A DNA stretch of 64,000 nt from the NCBI GenBank assembly GCA_964655075.1, contig CAZZLD010000008.1, positions 380 through 64,379 of the forward strand, in the 5' to 3' direction. Position numbers and translations under genes: made by a program. The notes under the pieces are model-generated. The model saw only the letters and a program-made list of their open reading frames with translations, had not been told where the DNA came from and ran no database searches. The stretch is from an uncultured Candidatus Bathyarchaeia archaeon (GTDB lineage Archaea > Thermoproteota > Bathyarchaeia > Bathyarchaeales > Bathyarchaeaceae). This document shows, piece by piece, positions 19,903 through 29,179 of this stretch. How positions within the stretch are numbered: the first letter of the stretch is position 1; each line of letters starts with the position of its first letter.

Positions 19903-20077
19903 CCTTTTGGTATGATTATTGTTAGGTTTTTTGTTTTCATTTGATGGTTATTCCGCCGATGATACCTAAGAGGAGTTCCCATACAGCTCGATCTTGAAGT
20001 ATAACTAGAAAATAAGGGTAAGAGCCAAAAATCGTAAAACAAATGTTTGCAAAGATTCCATAAATCATACCAAAAGG
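19903..20077. repeat. perfect 15-bp inverted repeat pair (CCTTTTGGTATGATT / AATCATACCAAAAGG) flanking 145 bp
   Basis: Read directly: 19903-19917 and 20063-20077 are exact reverse complements, in an A+T-rich intergenic region. Confidence 0.8.
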
Positions 20078-20129
20078 TGCAAAACTGATATAATCAGAAA
20101 AGCTATATAATTTATTAACATCGTTTTAA

Positions 20130-20717
20130 TTGGGAGTGATGTGTATGAGAAAGACTTTAATTGTTGCACCCTTGGTGATTATCCTGTTCTCTTTGCTGCC
20201 TTTTGTTTCATTAGATGATAACGACTCTGTGGGACCGCAGTTAGGGGACTACCGTGTGCCCGCGAGCGCTCAAAGGGGAGAAATATATGAATGGAACATT
20301 TGGGTTAGCTACTCTTATGGACACTATTGTACGTATCCTTCACAGGGACCCATGCACACTTGTGGATTTATAGGAAACTCCCCTATGAGTATGGAATTTG
20401 AGAGCGATGGCGGGGGAGTTGACAACGTCACTCTTTATATTAAGCCTTGGCACAGCGGCACCTACAAGTTTAATGTAACTCTTCGAGTTTTTAATCGTCC
20501 CGACGGCTACGTTTGGAATGGAAGCATGTGGTTAAGCGCTGAGTACAAAGAACTCCTTTATACCTTTCCTAATACCTATTTCACGTGGGAAGTTGATATT
20601 GACAAAGACGGAGTTCACGCTTTTGACATGACTGAAGGACTCATCTTCAATTGGACAGTTAACAACTTGTACTGGGGAGACGGACATGAGATAGTCTACA
20701 TAGTCACCAAACTATAA
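20130..20717 (+). CDS. secreted/anchored hypothetical protein
   Basis: N-terminal signal/anchor (LIVAPLVIILFSLLPFV) followed by a beta-rich Trp/Tyr-rich domain. A+T-richer than its neighbours. Confidence 0.45.
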   Translation: MGVMCMRKTLIVAPLVIILFSLLPFVSLDDNDSVGPQLGDYRVPASAQRGEIYEWNIWVSYSYGHYCTYPSQGPMHTCGFIGNSPMSMEFESDGGGVDNVTLYIKPWHSGTYKFNVTLRVFNRPDGYVWNGSMWLSAEYKELLYTFPNTYFTWEVDIDKDGVHAFDMTEGLIFNWTVNNLYWGDGHEIVYIVTKL

Positions 20718-20838
20718 TAGTTAGATGGACATTACTCTATACTTATCACCCAATAACCCCCTACATCCTCAGAGACTAGCCCAGTGGAGTAAAGGTGAAA
20801 TTCTGCTTTTAAATATTCACGCTGAGGAACCCTATTGT

Positions 20839-21117
20839 CTAGTTGAACCATATTTTTTCGTTGAATAGGCATAGGAAGTTTTTTCCTTTTTCTGTTAGGC
20901 TGTATGTCTTCGTGGGGATGCCCCATTTTTTGTTTGTTTCTGTGAGTTGGATGAGGTTGTGTTTTATGCATAGTTTGAGTTGGCGGTAGAAGCCGTGGTG
21001 GTTTTTGAATCCTGTTTCGTTTCTTAGGGCGCGGTATATTGCCAACGTGTTCTTCGGTCCCTTGGCCAAGGTTTTTAGGAGTTTTATGACCTGTGTGAGT
21101 TCGTGGGGTTTTGGCAA
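20839..21117 (-). CDS. winged-helix DNA-binding protein
   Basis: 92 aa. TLAIYRALRNETGF...LIQLTETNKKWGIPTKTYSLTEKG (HTH plus wing). Confidence 0.6.
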   Translation of the reverse strand: MPKPHELTQVIKLLKTLAKGPKNTLAIYRALRNETGFKNHHGFYRQLKLCIKHNLIQLTETNKKWGIPTKTYSLTEKGKNFLCLFNEKIWFN

Positions 21118-21251
21118 CTGCGACCGCCTTTGTCTGTTGTCTGTTTTTCAGTATACATACAACGTCTGAGCTTTTAAGTTTTACTGTTGTCCGAAATTCG
21201 AAAAGCAAACAATTAAATACCCAAAAAAGCAACCATAATAACTGAACAAAA

Positions 21252-21530
21252 ATGAGCATATCCAATTTGGAGCAGACAGCAGCCCTACGCATACTCCTCT
21301 ACCTGCTGGAAAAGGGAAAAGCCTCAAGAACAGACCTGAGAAGAAGCATAGACGCCAGCATATCCGCCATATACAACGCCTTGCCGAAACTCAAAAAACT
21401 AGGACTAATCAAGGAAGAGGGACGCAAAACATTTCCCTTCACCGTCCACGTTCTGCTAACGCCGAAAGGCAGAAAAGTCGCAGAACAACTCACCCTAGTC
21501 AACAATATCCTAACAGAGGAACAGCCATGA
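21252..21530 (+). CDS. winged-helix (ArsR/MarR-like) DNA-binding protein
   Basis: 92 aa. ALRILLYLLEKGKASRTDLRRSIDASISAIYNALPKLKKLGLIKEE. Confidence 0.6.
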   Translation: MSISNLEQTAALRILLYLLEKGKASRTDLRRSIDASISAIYNALPKLKKLGLIKEEGRKTFPFTVHVLLTPKGRKVAEQLTLVNNILTEEQP

Positions 21531-21778
21531 AAAAACGTGGATTCTACGTAATTGCGGTCCTTTGCATAATCATCACGTCAGCCATCCTCCTAGACCAATT
21601 TTTGCGCTACGGCTACCTCTTAGAGTTAAAAGATGTTCTCCACCATGAGTTCTTTGCCTTCGTTTTCCTAGCCTTTGCTCTAGGAATAATATTTGTTACA
21701 TATACTGCTTCAGAACATCAAACCACGTTTAGAATCCATATTGGGCGTTCATATTGTTTTTATAGATTTAAAATTTAA
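21527..21778 (+). CDS. small membrane protein
   Basis: 83 aa, two hydrophobic helices, 4-nt overlap with the upstream regulator gene. Confidence 0.4.
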   Translation: MKKRGFYVIAVLCIIITSAILLDQFLRYGYLLELKDVLHHEFFAFVFLAFALGIIFVTYTASEHQTTFRIHIGRSYCFYRFKI

Positions 21779-21808
21779 ATCAAACATATTACGATAAATT
21801 CACCCCAA

Positions 21809-22579
21809 TTGACAGGAACAGACGGAGGGCCTCAAATAGCAACCAAAACCCCATTGGTCTCGATAATCATACCCACTTACTGCGAGGAGGAAAACATTGA
21901 GCAGTGCCTGAAAAGCACCGGAAAACAGAAATTCGAAAAGGGTAAAATCGAGGTAATTGTTGTAGACAGCAACAGTCCTGACAATACGAAAACAATCGCC
22001 AAAAAATATGCGGACAAAGTGATAAACATAAAAGATCGCGGCGTCAGTAAAGCTAGAAACGTCGGAGCGCAAAGAGCGAAAGGCGAAATACTGCTCTTTC
22101 TAGACGCAGACACTCTTTTGGACCCCAGATTCATAGCTGAAATGTATGAAAGTTTTGCTGATTCTAACGTGGTATGTGTTTCCGGCTCGGTGGGAGGTCT
22201 CGAAAGGCTGGGGATAATAGGTGACCTGTTCAAGTTCTTCCATTACAGCCTCATGAACACGGTAGCTGCATTAACTGCGCATTTTGGCTTCCCCTCTTTC
22301 CCAACTGTATGTTGCGCCTGTAGAAAATCGGTTTTCCATGGAATCGGGGGGTTTGATGAAGGCTTGGCTATCGCTGAGGACTTGGTTTTCTCTCGGAGAA
22401 TGGGAAAAATTGGGAAGTGTTTGGTTAACAAAGGCGCTAAGGCTTACACTTCTCTGAGGCGGGTTAAAAAGAACGGGCGGATGAAGAACTACTGGATATA
22501 CTTCAGAAACTACTTCAGGGTCTTCGTCTTAAACCAAAAACCTTGGATCCAAGACTTTCCCCACACGCGGGAAATCTGA
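21809..22579 (+). CDS. family 2 glycosyltransferase
   Basis: VSIIIPTYCEE, VVDSNSPDNT, LFLDADT (DxD) motifs. Confidence 0.8.
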   Translation: MTGTDGGPQIATKTPLVSIIIPTYCEEENIEQCLKSTGKQKFEKGKIEVIVVDSNSPDNTKTIAKKYADKVINIKDRGVSKARNVGAQRAKGEILLFLDADTLLDPRFIAEMYESFADSNVVCVSGSVGGLERLGIIGDLFKFFHYSLMNTVAALTAHFGFPSFPTVCCACRKSVFHGIGGFDEGLAIAEDLVFSRRMGKIGKCLVNKGAKAYTSLRRVKKNGRMKNYWIYFRNYFRVFVLNQKPWIQDFPHTREI

Positions 22580-22589
22580 AAGGCGCTTT

Positions 22590-23273
22590 CTATTTCTTGG
22601 CGATTATCCACCACTCCGGAAGCAGCGAAGCGGCTCTACTCGAGTTTACGAAAAACCGAATCTTCCTAAAAGCAAAGGCAACCATCCCCAAGCATTTTTC
22701 GACCTTAAGCCCGTGGTTCGCCAAGACGGTTTTCCACTGTTTGAGCCAAAAGTCGTTTGTGTGGGTTTCATCCTCCAATCCTAAACGCCCGCAGAGGTGC
22801 GTCCAGACTAGGGGATTAGGTAACTGCAAGAAGAGAACTCCGTCCTTCTTTAGGATTCTTACGATGTCCTTTAGGCACTGACTTAAATCTGGCACATGCT
22901 CCAGTGTGTCCACGACGGTTACGACATCGAATGTTTCGTCTTTGAAGGGAAGATTAACCGCGGAAGCCCTCGAAACTTTTCCTCTGCAGAATTCCTTTGA
23001 CTTCTTAACCGCGAACTGGGATATGTCTATTCCGCAAGATTCAAAGTGCCTAGCAGCTGCATTTACGAGAAAACCGTAGGCGCACCCGATGTCCAGCAGC
23101 CTCCCGCCAGCCTTAAACTCCCAGATGAACTTCAGCATCTTCTCCCAGTGGGGAAACTGCCCTAAATTTTTGTAACTGCCAATAGTCCACCAATAGTTAG
23201 AACCTCTGCCCTCGAAGTAGGCTTCACCGTAAAGCTTCTCGCCCACCTGTTCACACTCAACCTTTAAGGTCAT
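22590..23273 (-). CDS. class I SAM-dependent methyltransferase
   Basis: Motif I LLDIGCAYGF, motif II/III FDVVTVVDTLEHV. Confidence 0.8.
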   Translation of the reverse strand: MTLKVECEQVGEKLYGEAYFEGRGSNYWWTIGSYKNLGQFPHWEKMLKFIWEFKAGGRLLDIGCAYGFLVNAAARHFESCGIDISQFAVKKSKEFCRGKVSRASAVNLPFKDETFDVVTVVDTLEHVPDLSQCLKDIVRILKKDGVLFLQLPNPLVWTHLCGRLGLEDETHTNDFWLKQWKTVLANHGLKVEKCLGMVAFAFRKIRFFVNSSRAASLLPEWWIIAKK

Positions 23274-23357
23274 TCTGTAACAGGCTAAAATAAATTTGGG
23301 TACACTCTGCCTAAAGTTAGAAGTTTGATGTGCCGCGCGCTTTTTTCAGTTTGCTCT

Positions 23358-23735
23358 TTATTCTTTGCTTTTGGTTTTGAATTTGCGGGACACCTTTGCG
23401 AAGGCGTTCTTCACGTTTTTCTCGTCCAGCACTGTGTACTTGTATTCGTTAGGATGCTTCTCGTTTAGTGTGACATCCTCGCTGGTGATGCCGAAGATTT
23501 CCTTAAGAACTTCCTCGATTTCCCTCTGCACCTCTTCTGCGCTGGACGTTTCTCCTCTCAGGTAAACATAAAGCGACCCGCGTTTACGGTAGGCTAAGCC
23601 GGACACGAACTTGAGGCCCTCCACATCCACGAAGGTCGCACCGAAGGCTTTATCAATCCCTGAAACCTGCAACACACATTCCTCGTGCTTGAAGTTCAGT
23701 AATCTTCCTTTTTTCTTTAAAAGCTTTATAGACAA
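23358..23735 (-). CDS. hypothetical protein
   Basis: 125-aa ORF with protein-like composition. No family recognised. Confidence 0.4.
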   Translation of the reverse strand: MSIKLLKKKGRLLNFKHEECVLQVSGIDKAFGATFVDVEGLKFVSGLAYRKRGSLYVYLRGETSSAEEVQREIEEVLKEIFGITSEDVTLNEKHPNEYKYTVLDEKNVKNAFAKVSRKFKTKSKE

Positions 23736-23821
23736 TTATCACGCCGTTTCGCCCATATTGCCCTCCCACGTAATTTTGACTTAAATAAACTCGCCCCGAA
23801 CACTGTTTCGGTTGAAGAGGC

Positions 23822-25015
23822 TTGAGCCAAGTTTTAAGAAAGATCAAGGATTTTTCTCGGCGGCTGACCGAGGCCAAGGAACGGGGAGTTCTGCTGCCGG
23901 CTTGGAAAGAAGCCTACGGCGAAACCCCGGCTGTGACCTTCAGCGATTTGATGGCGATCTATGTCAGTGATTACGCGGCGAAGGCGGCGGTTGACTTTCT
24001 AGCGGATCAGTCAGTCGGTGCGGGCTTCTATACCAGTGTGAACAGCGATTACGCGGCGGCTGAAAAGGCGAAACAGATCGTGGATGAATTTAATGAACGC
24101 GTGAACTTGGACGGTCTGTTGCAGGTCGCCGCCCGAGAAATCGTCGCGTTCGGCAACAGCTTCTGGGAGAGGATCACCCCCAGCAAATTTGAGAGCCTTA
24201 AGATTTTGCCCGTCACAAGCATCGAGAAAGTTTTGCGAGACCGGTACGGCGGCATCCGCGGTTACAAGCAGACGGCGACGTACGACGGCAAGATCCTAGC
24301 GCCGGAAACCATAGTCCACTTCCGCTGGAACCCAGTGAACGGGGAACCCTTCGGAACCGGAATCCTGCGGGTTTTAGCCGAGAAGCTGACGGTGAACGGG
24401 GAGACGCGGGAGAGTTTGATCGGCGTGAAGGCGAGGCTGGAGAAGGCGATGTGCGACATATTTGAGAAGTACGCGGGTCCAGATGAGCTTTGGGTCTTCG
24501 AAGGCGTGGGAGACGCCAAACTGGCTGAGTACCAGCGCCTGATTAAGGGGAAGCCGAAGGCGGGGGCAAGGTTTGTTTACAATAGGGCTGCTGACGTGAA
24601 AACCGTGCAGGTGGATCCGAGAGCCAGGTTCGACGGTTACGTGGAACACTTAATCAACCAGTTTTACCTAGGGCTACAAACCCCGCTGCCTAAGCTCTTC
24701 ACCACGCCCGGGTTCACGGAAGCCAGCGCCAAAGCAGCTGTTGAACTATCGGAGCGCAAGGTCGTCTCGCTGCAGCGGTTCATCAAACGTATTGTAGAAC
24801 GGGAGGTCTTTCAACCCGTTGTTAAACAGGCTGGTTTAGACCCTGTTAGAGCGAGCGTGCGGTTAATTTGGGGTTCTCCTCAAACGTCGGAGGTTCGGAT
24901 TGAGGATTTGCTGAAGGCGGCTGAACTTGGGTTTGTGCGCCGCGAAGAACTGCGGAAGATGTTGATGAAAAGCGGTTGGGGCATCGAAGAAACAGAGGTT
25001 AAGGAGGAGGTGTAA
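23822..25015 (+). CDS. portal protein
   Basis: 397 aa, portal-typical size. Segments FGNSFWERI ... IVHFRWNPVNGEPFGTGILR resemble HK97/SPP1-type portals. TTG start. Confidence 0.6.
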   Translation: MSQVLRKIKDFSRRLTEAKERGVLLPAWKEAYGETPAVTFSDLMAIYVSDYAAKAAVDFLADQSVGAGFYTSVNSDYAAAEKAKQIVDEFNERVNLDGLLQVAAREIVAFGNSFWERITPSKFESLKILPVTSIEKVLRDRYGGIRGYKQTATYDGKILAPETIVHFRWNPVNGEPFGTGILRVLAEKLTVNGETRESLIGVKARLEKAMCDIFEKYAGPDELWVFEGVGDAKLAEYQRLIKGKPKAGARFVYNRAADVKTVQVDPRARFDGYVEHLINQFYLGLQTPLPKLFTTPGFTEASAKAAVELSERKVVSLQRFIKRIVEREVFQPVVKQAGLDPVRASVRLIWGSPQTSEVRIEDLLKAAELGFVRREELRKMLMKSGWGIEETEVKEEV

Positions 25016-25017
25016 GC

Positions 25018-25317
25018 ATGTTGGAGATAGTTGCTTTCGCGGGTGTTCTGTTAGGCGTTTTATGCAGGACGCTGTTGCCTTTCGTGGTTAAGATGCAGGA
25101 CTCTGTAAGCAAAGGCTCAGGGTTTGCTTGGAACTGGGCGTACGCTTACACGGCTGTTTCAGCGTTCTTCACAAGCTTTGTCATAGCCATTTTGGCTTTT
25201 CCAGCCTTCAATATTCCTGCAGGTTCCTTGAGCCTCTTCTATGTGTTCCTCTTGAGTTTCGGATACGGCTGGGGCTTGAACGACCTTTACAACAAGGTCC
25301 TCGTGGATTTACGGTAG
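25018..25317 (+). CDS. three-helix small membrane protein
   Basis: 99 aa. Starts 3 nt after the portal stop. Confidence 0.5.
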   Translation: MLEIVAFAGVLLGVLCRTLLPFVVKMQDSVSKGSGFAWNWAYAYTAVSAFFTSFVIAILAFPAFNIPAGSLSLFYVFLLSFGYGWGLNDLYNKVLVDLR

Positions 25318-25374
25318 AACGCGCTGTTGGCGCTTCGAAAGCGGTCGGTTCAAGGGATTTAGAGCCTTGCTTGG

Positions 25375-25953
25375 TTATTCGATGCTTATCTTTTCTCCCG
25401 AAGGCTTCTTTTTCTCAATTCGTTTAAGCGTAACTTCCAGCACGCCGTTCTTGTAGGATGCTTTGGCGCTTTTGGAGTCCACCTTTACCGGCAGCTCCAC
25501 CTCTTTGCGGTATTTGTGTTTCTCGGTGTCCACAGATATCGTCAAAGTTTCTTCGGTGCCGAAGAGTTTGATGTCGTCCCTCTCTACGCCTGGAACTTCA
25601 GCGATGACCTGGACAACCTTGTCGCCAGTCACCACATCCACTAAGGGTTCACGTTCTTCCGCTGTTTCTGGGGTGCCGAATTTTGAGGGCCTCACGTTCC
25701 CGAACTCTCGGATGATGGGTTTGCCATCTGGTCCCATGGTCATGGAGTATCCGTACACGTACGGTCCCCAAGTTTTAACGGTGCTTCCGTCTGGTAGTTT
25801 ACGCTCCTTAACAAATTCTTCTGGGAAGCCTCTGCTGAACTCCCTAAGCATTTCTTCAAACATTTTGTCTATGTCTTCGAACGGTGAGAAACGCGACCTT
25901 CGCCTCCGCTTCCACCACTCGTCCCAATAACTCATCCTACACACCTCAAACAA
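25375..25953 (-). CDS. Hsp20/alpha-crystallin small heat-shock protein
   Basis: Alpha-crystallin domain: VDVVTGDKVVQVIAEVPGVERDDIKL...ASYKNGVLEVTLKR. The likely true start is MSYWDEWW. Confidence 0.85.
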   Translation of the reverse strand: MFEVCRMSYWDEWWKRRRRSRFSPFEDIDKMFEEMLREFSRGFPEEFVKERKLPDGSTVKTWGPYVYGYSMTMGPDGKPIIREFGNVRPSKFGTPETAEEREPLVDVVTGDKVVQVIAEVPGVERDDIKLFGTEETLTISVDTEKHKYRKEVELPVKVDSKSAKASYKNGVLEVTLKRIEKKKPSGEKISIE

Positions 25954-26065
25954 TACTCTTGAAAAGCCAAATATAAAAACTCTTCACAACCGCTCGATTG
26001 TGCAATTAAGGAACAACCATAGCTCAACAAAAAACTTTTATTCTATGTAAAGGCATGTAAAAGGC

Positions 26066-26581
26066 ATGACCGGCAAAGTTCAGAAAGCTCCAGTCAAAGA
26101 GGGGCGTCGGATCACCGGATGGAAGCTGGGCTTAATACTTGGATTGCCACTCGGCGCTTTATACGGGTTAATTAGTAATCTTTATTATTGGTTGGCATAC
26201 GGTTCATCTTGGTATGTTTTCTTTCTCCGTTTCACGTTACCGGAGGGATTGATTCTAGGCGCAATTGCTGGAGTAGTTTTCGCGGTGACGTTTGCTAGTT
26301 TGCCCGGTGAAACGGTGCTGGTTAAAAGCGGTACACTCGCTTTGGTTTTCTTCGCTTTTACGTTTGTCCCGATTCTCTTCGGATATTATCCCACTCTTTA
26401 TTCAGAATCAATACTGCCGTCCCTCCTTGGGATTAAATATTGGCGTTTAACTCCCTATTATTACGGCGTCTTTGCCCATCGAGTGCTTTTATGGGTGATA
26501 ACGCTGCTGATCGCATGGATGACGTTTGGAACCTTGATAGGTCTCCTCTGGAGTAAATTCTCACATAAGACCAAAGAATAG
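26066..26581 (+). CDS. polytopic membrane protein
   Basis: 171 aa with about 5 hydrophobic helices. Confidence 0.5.
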   Translation: MTGKVQKAPVKEGRRITGWKLGLILGLPLGALYGLISNLYYWLAYGSSWYVFFLRFTLPEGLILGAIAGVVFAVTFASLPGETVLVKSGTLALVFFAFTFVPILFGYYPTLYSESILPSLLGIKYWRLTPYYYGVFAHRVLLWVITLLIAWMTFGTLIGLLWSKFSHKTKE

Positions 26582-26624
26582 AGACACAATCTGTCTCTTT
26601 TTTCTAATAAGCACCAGCCAAAAT

Positions 26625-27128
26625 TCAGGTTCTTAGTTCCCACTCGCACCAGCTGTCTGCGGGATGCTTGTCTGGAGGGGCATATTTGCAGGTCACTTTG
26701 ACTTTTTCATCAATGTTTTTAGCAAAGTTGGAGAACTCCGCCACATGCATGGCCTTACATGGAAACTCTCCTCTTCCGTGTTTCAGTCTCGCCTCCTGCG
26801 GCGGACAGTGTCTTACTCGGATTATGGCTCTATCCTCAGTTTGCTCAACCACCTCGTAGCTCAAGATGTTTGACCAAGGAAAGTACGAGTAGGCTTCGAT
26901 TACTGCGGCGACACCGCGATCCTTTATGGGGAACGTTTTCTTTATGTCCTTCGCCGCCATGCCGCCTATTCTAGCCCAGATGCCCTCATTCATCCTAACT
27001 GCTTCATCGAGTCCAAACTTGTCCTCCACAGCCAAAAACCAGAAGGCGTCAACAACCCTATAATGCCACAGAAGAAAATCCACGTACTTCTCTAAATCAT
27101 CCCGCGTCATCTTCGAAAAATTCATCAC
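26625..27128 (-). CDS. conserved hypothetical cytosolic protein (possibly DUF6125/ATC-hydrolase-like)
   Basis: 167 aa. WHYRVVDAFWF...RHCPPQEARLKHG...CKAMH. The family assignment is only a weak recollection. Confidence 0.35.
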   Translation of the reverse strand: MMNFSKMTRDDLEKYVDFLLWHYRVVDAFWFLAVEDKFGLDEAVRMNEGIWARIGGMAAKDIKKTFPIKDRGVAAVIEAYSYFPWSNILSYEVVEQTEDRAIIRVRHCPPQEARLKHGRGEFPCKAMHVAEFSNFAKNIDEKVKVTCKYAPPDKHPADSWCEWELRT

Positions 27129-27239
27129 AACCCCTCTTCAACTATTCCATGGGTACAATTAATATAATTGTTTGGGAATTTCACGAGGCTTCAACAGCGT
27201 GAAAGTTAAAAATAAAAGAGGATTTACTTCGTAGCTGGC

Positions 27240-27914
27240 GTGGAGAGTTGCAGCTTGAAAAACCGGGTTGAAGAGGCATACGGGGAAGTCTTGGAAACAG
27301 CTAGGGAATACGAACGGAGGTGCTTTGAAGGCAAACGGTGGGGCGGTCACGCTCTTTTAATTATAGTCGACGCAGCCCTAGACTCGATTGGCCTGAAGTA
27401 CTTTCAAATCGTCGTTCCAAGGGTGAAGCAGTTTTACGAGAACTACGTTAAAACAGGCCAAATAGCATCTCTTCAAGATTTCGCTAGGCTGTCACCGCAG
27501 GACGCGAGGCTCACGAAGATAATGAATAACGAGCGGTGTTGGAGGGCTGCCATAGATGTCTGCAAAGAACTGGACAGGATCAGAAAGGAAAAAGGGCTGA
27601 AGGGCAACTTCGAAGCCCTGCGGTTCTGGGCGGAAAGAGCCAACTACGAAAACTGGAAGGAAGACCCCGTAGGAAAAATTTCAGGCATCGGCCTAATCAC
27701 CTTCCAGTATCTACGCATGCAAGCCGGCGTGGACACCACCATGCCGGACAAGATCGTGAAGAGGGCTGCTTTGAAAAACTTCGGCATAAAGGCGAAAAAC
27801 GACGTAGACTTCATCAAGAAAATGGAGGTCTTCTCAAAGGAAACAGGGTACTCTCAGGTTCTGCTGTGCTGGGCCATATGGCTCAAAGAATCAGACGCGG
27901 AAACCTCGCATTGA
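27240..27914 (+). CDS. hypothetical protein with helix-hairpin-helix motif
   Basis: KISGIGLITFQYLRMQAGVDTTMPD resembles an HhH DNA-binding element. Confidence 0.4.
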   Translation: MESCSLKNRVEEAYGEVLETAREYERRCFEGKRWGGHALLIIVDAALDSIGLKYFQIVVPRVKQFYENYVKTGQIASLQDFARLSPQDARLTKIMNNERCWRAAIDVCKELDRIRKEKGLKGNFEALRFWAERANYENWKEDPVGKISGIGLITFQYLRMQAGVDTTMPDKIVKRAALKNFGIKAKNDVDFIKKMEVFSKETGYSQVLLCWAIWLKESDAETSH

Positions 27915-27962
27915 GAAAGCTTACGTTATATTAAGACATACTGATTTAAGTTACATGTATCT

Positions 27963-28736
27963 GTGTTATTTAGCGTCAGACGTTTTATAAGTCCGCTTCA
28001 GCGTGAGGATACAGCACAGGAGGTCGAAGAACCTGTTGGCTATATCCTCACAGAACACCACGGGGGTCGTGATGTTCAGATGAGTAAGGAAAATTTTAGG
28101 TGTAAAAAGGTTTTGGAAGGCAAGGTTGTTGACGTAGGCTCTCTTCAGAAGGGCGATTTGATTCATATTGAGTGGTCTGATGCCAGCGAAGTGCGCGCCC
28201 GTCTGTCTGAGCACCGTAGGAATCCTGAGGCTAGAGTTTATGAGTGGGGTGTTTTCCTAGGCGTTTCTGAAAGGGGGAAGCGTCGATACCTTCTGCTCGG
28301 CAAGGAGTTGGCTCTCCCGTGGAAGGAGTGGGGAGCTGTTCGCGTTCCCCTTGACATCTTGGACAAGATTTACGTGATTAGGCCGCAGTTCTGTCGCGTT
28401 CTGCCCGCCGGCGTTTTGAGGAAAATCCGCATGAGGCCAGCGCATAACTACGTGTTTTTGAGGAAGTTTCGTCTGCGGGAATCCGTTAGAAGTGCCTTAA
28501 CGAAGCGAGTTTCAACAGCGCAGGGCCACGGCAAGAAGATCAGGGTAAATGAGGAGGTTCTGCCCAGCGAACGCCTAGTCTTAGGGGTCTGTTTCAGCGT
28601 TGTAGCCCTAGCCCTGCTGACAGTCGTCGAGGCTCTCCACATGATTTTTCTAGGGTCCTTTAACAGCGAGGTCTTCGCAGGCATCACGCTCATCATAGGC
28701 ACCATTCTAGGCGCTTTTTTCGGAGCTAAAGCATAA
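27963..28736 (+). CDS. hypothetical protein with C-terminal membrane anchor
   Basis: 257 aa with two C-terminal hydrophobic helices. The stop overlaps the start of the next gene. Confidence 0.4.
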   Translation: MLFSVRRFISPLQREDTAQEVEEPVGYILTEHHGGRDVQMSKENFRCKKVLEGKVVDVGSLQKGDLIHIEWSDASEVRARLSEHRRNPEARVYEWGVFLGVSERGKRRYLLLGKELALPWKEWGAVRVPLDILDKIYVIRPQFCRVLPAGVLRKIRMRPAHNYVFLRKFRLRESVRSALTKRVSTAQGHGKKIRVNEEVLPSERLVLGVCFSVVALALLTVVEALHMIFLGSFNSEVFAGITLIIGTILGAFFGAKA

Positions 28737-29179
28737 TGGCTAGGGGTAGACGTTGGACAAGAGAGGAGGATAGGCTGCTTGAGGATATGGTTAAGCGGGG
28801 GTTGTCTGTTGAGGAGATTGTGAGGAGTGGGAGGTTTCCTGATCGGACTTTTGAAGCTATAAGGATGCAGGTTGGTAGGCTGTCTTTTGTTCGTCGAAGG
28901 CAGAAAATTTTTGTTGAACAAATCGCTCCGGTTGATGTTCTTAGCTTAGAAGATGTTCTGAGGCGGTTTTCTTGTGCTTTTCGGAGGATTTGTGATGCGG
29001 ATGAGGTTAGTAAGTTGGAGCTTGAGCGTTTTCGGATTGTTTTCTCCGCAGCTAAGGATTACGGCCCTATTTTGGCGGGTTTTGAGAGGTTGAAGCAGGT
29101 TGATGAGGAGATCAAGAACCTTAGGAAGATGGTTGAAGAGGTTAAGGCGCAAGTTTCTGCGAGAAACCCAGAGGCTTAG
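28736..29179 (+). CDS. SANT/Myb-like HTH protein, small-terminase candidate
   Basis: RRWTREEDRLLEDMVKRGLSVEEIV (Myb/SANT-like), a coiled-coil tail, located immediately upstream of and overlapping the large terminase. Confidence 0.45.
   Translation: MARGRRWTREEDRLLEDMVKRGLSVEEIVRSGRFPDRTFEAIRMQVGRLSFVRRRQKIFVEQIAPVDVLSLEDVLRRFSCAFRRICDADEVSKLELERFRIVFSAAKDYGPILAGFERLKQVDEEIKNLRKMVEEVKAQVSARNPEA

Noticed and set aside
20732-21292. 186-aa ORF overlapping the 92-aa wHTH gene
   Set aside because: It is in a different frame from a clean winged-helix protein and has a Lys/Pro/Thr/His-biased composition. The 92-aa frame is preferred.
28448-28921. 157-aa Pro-rich antisense ORF
   Set aside because: It runs antisense to two co-oriented protein-like genes. 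The composition is non-protein-like.
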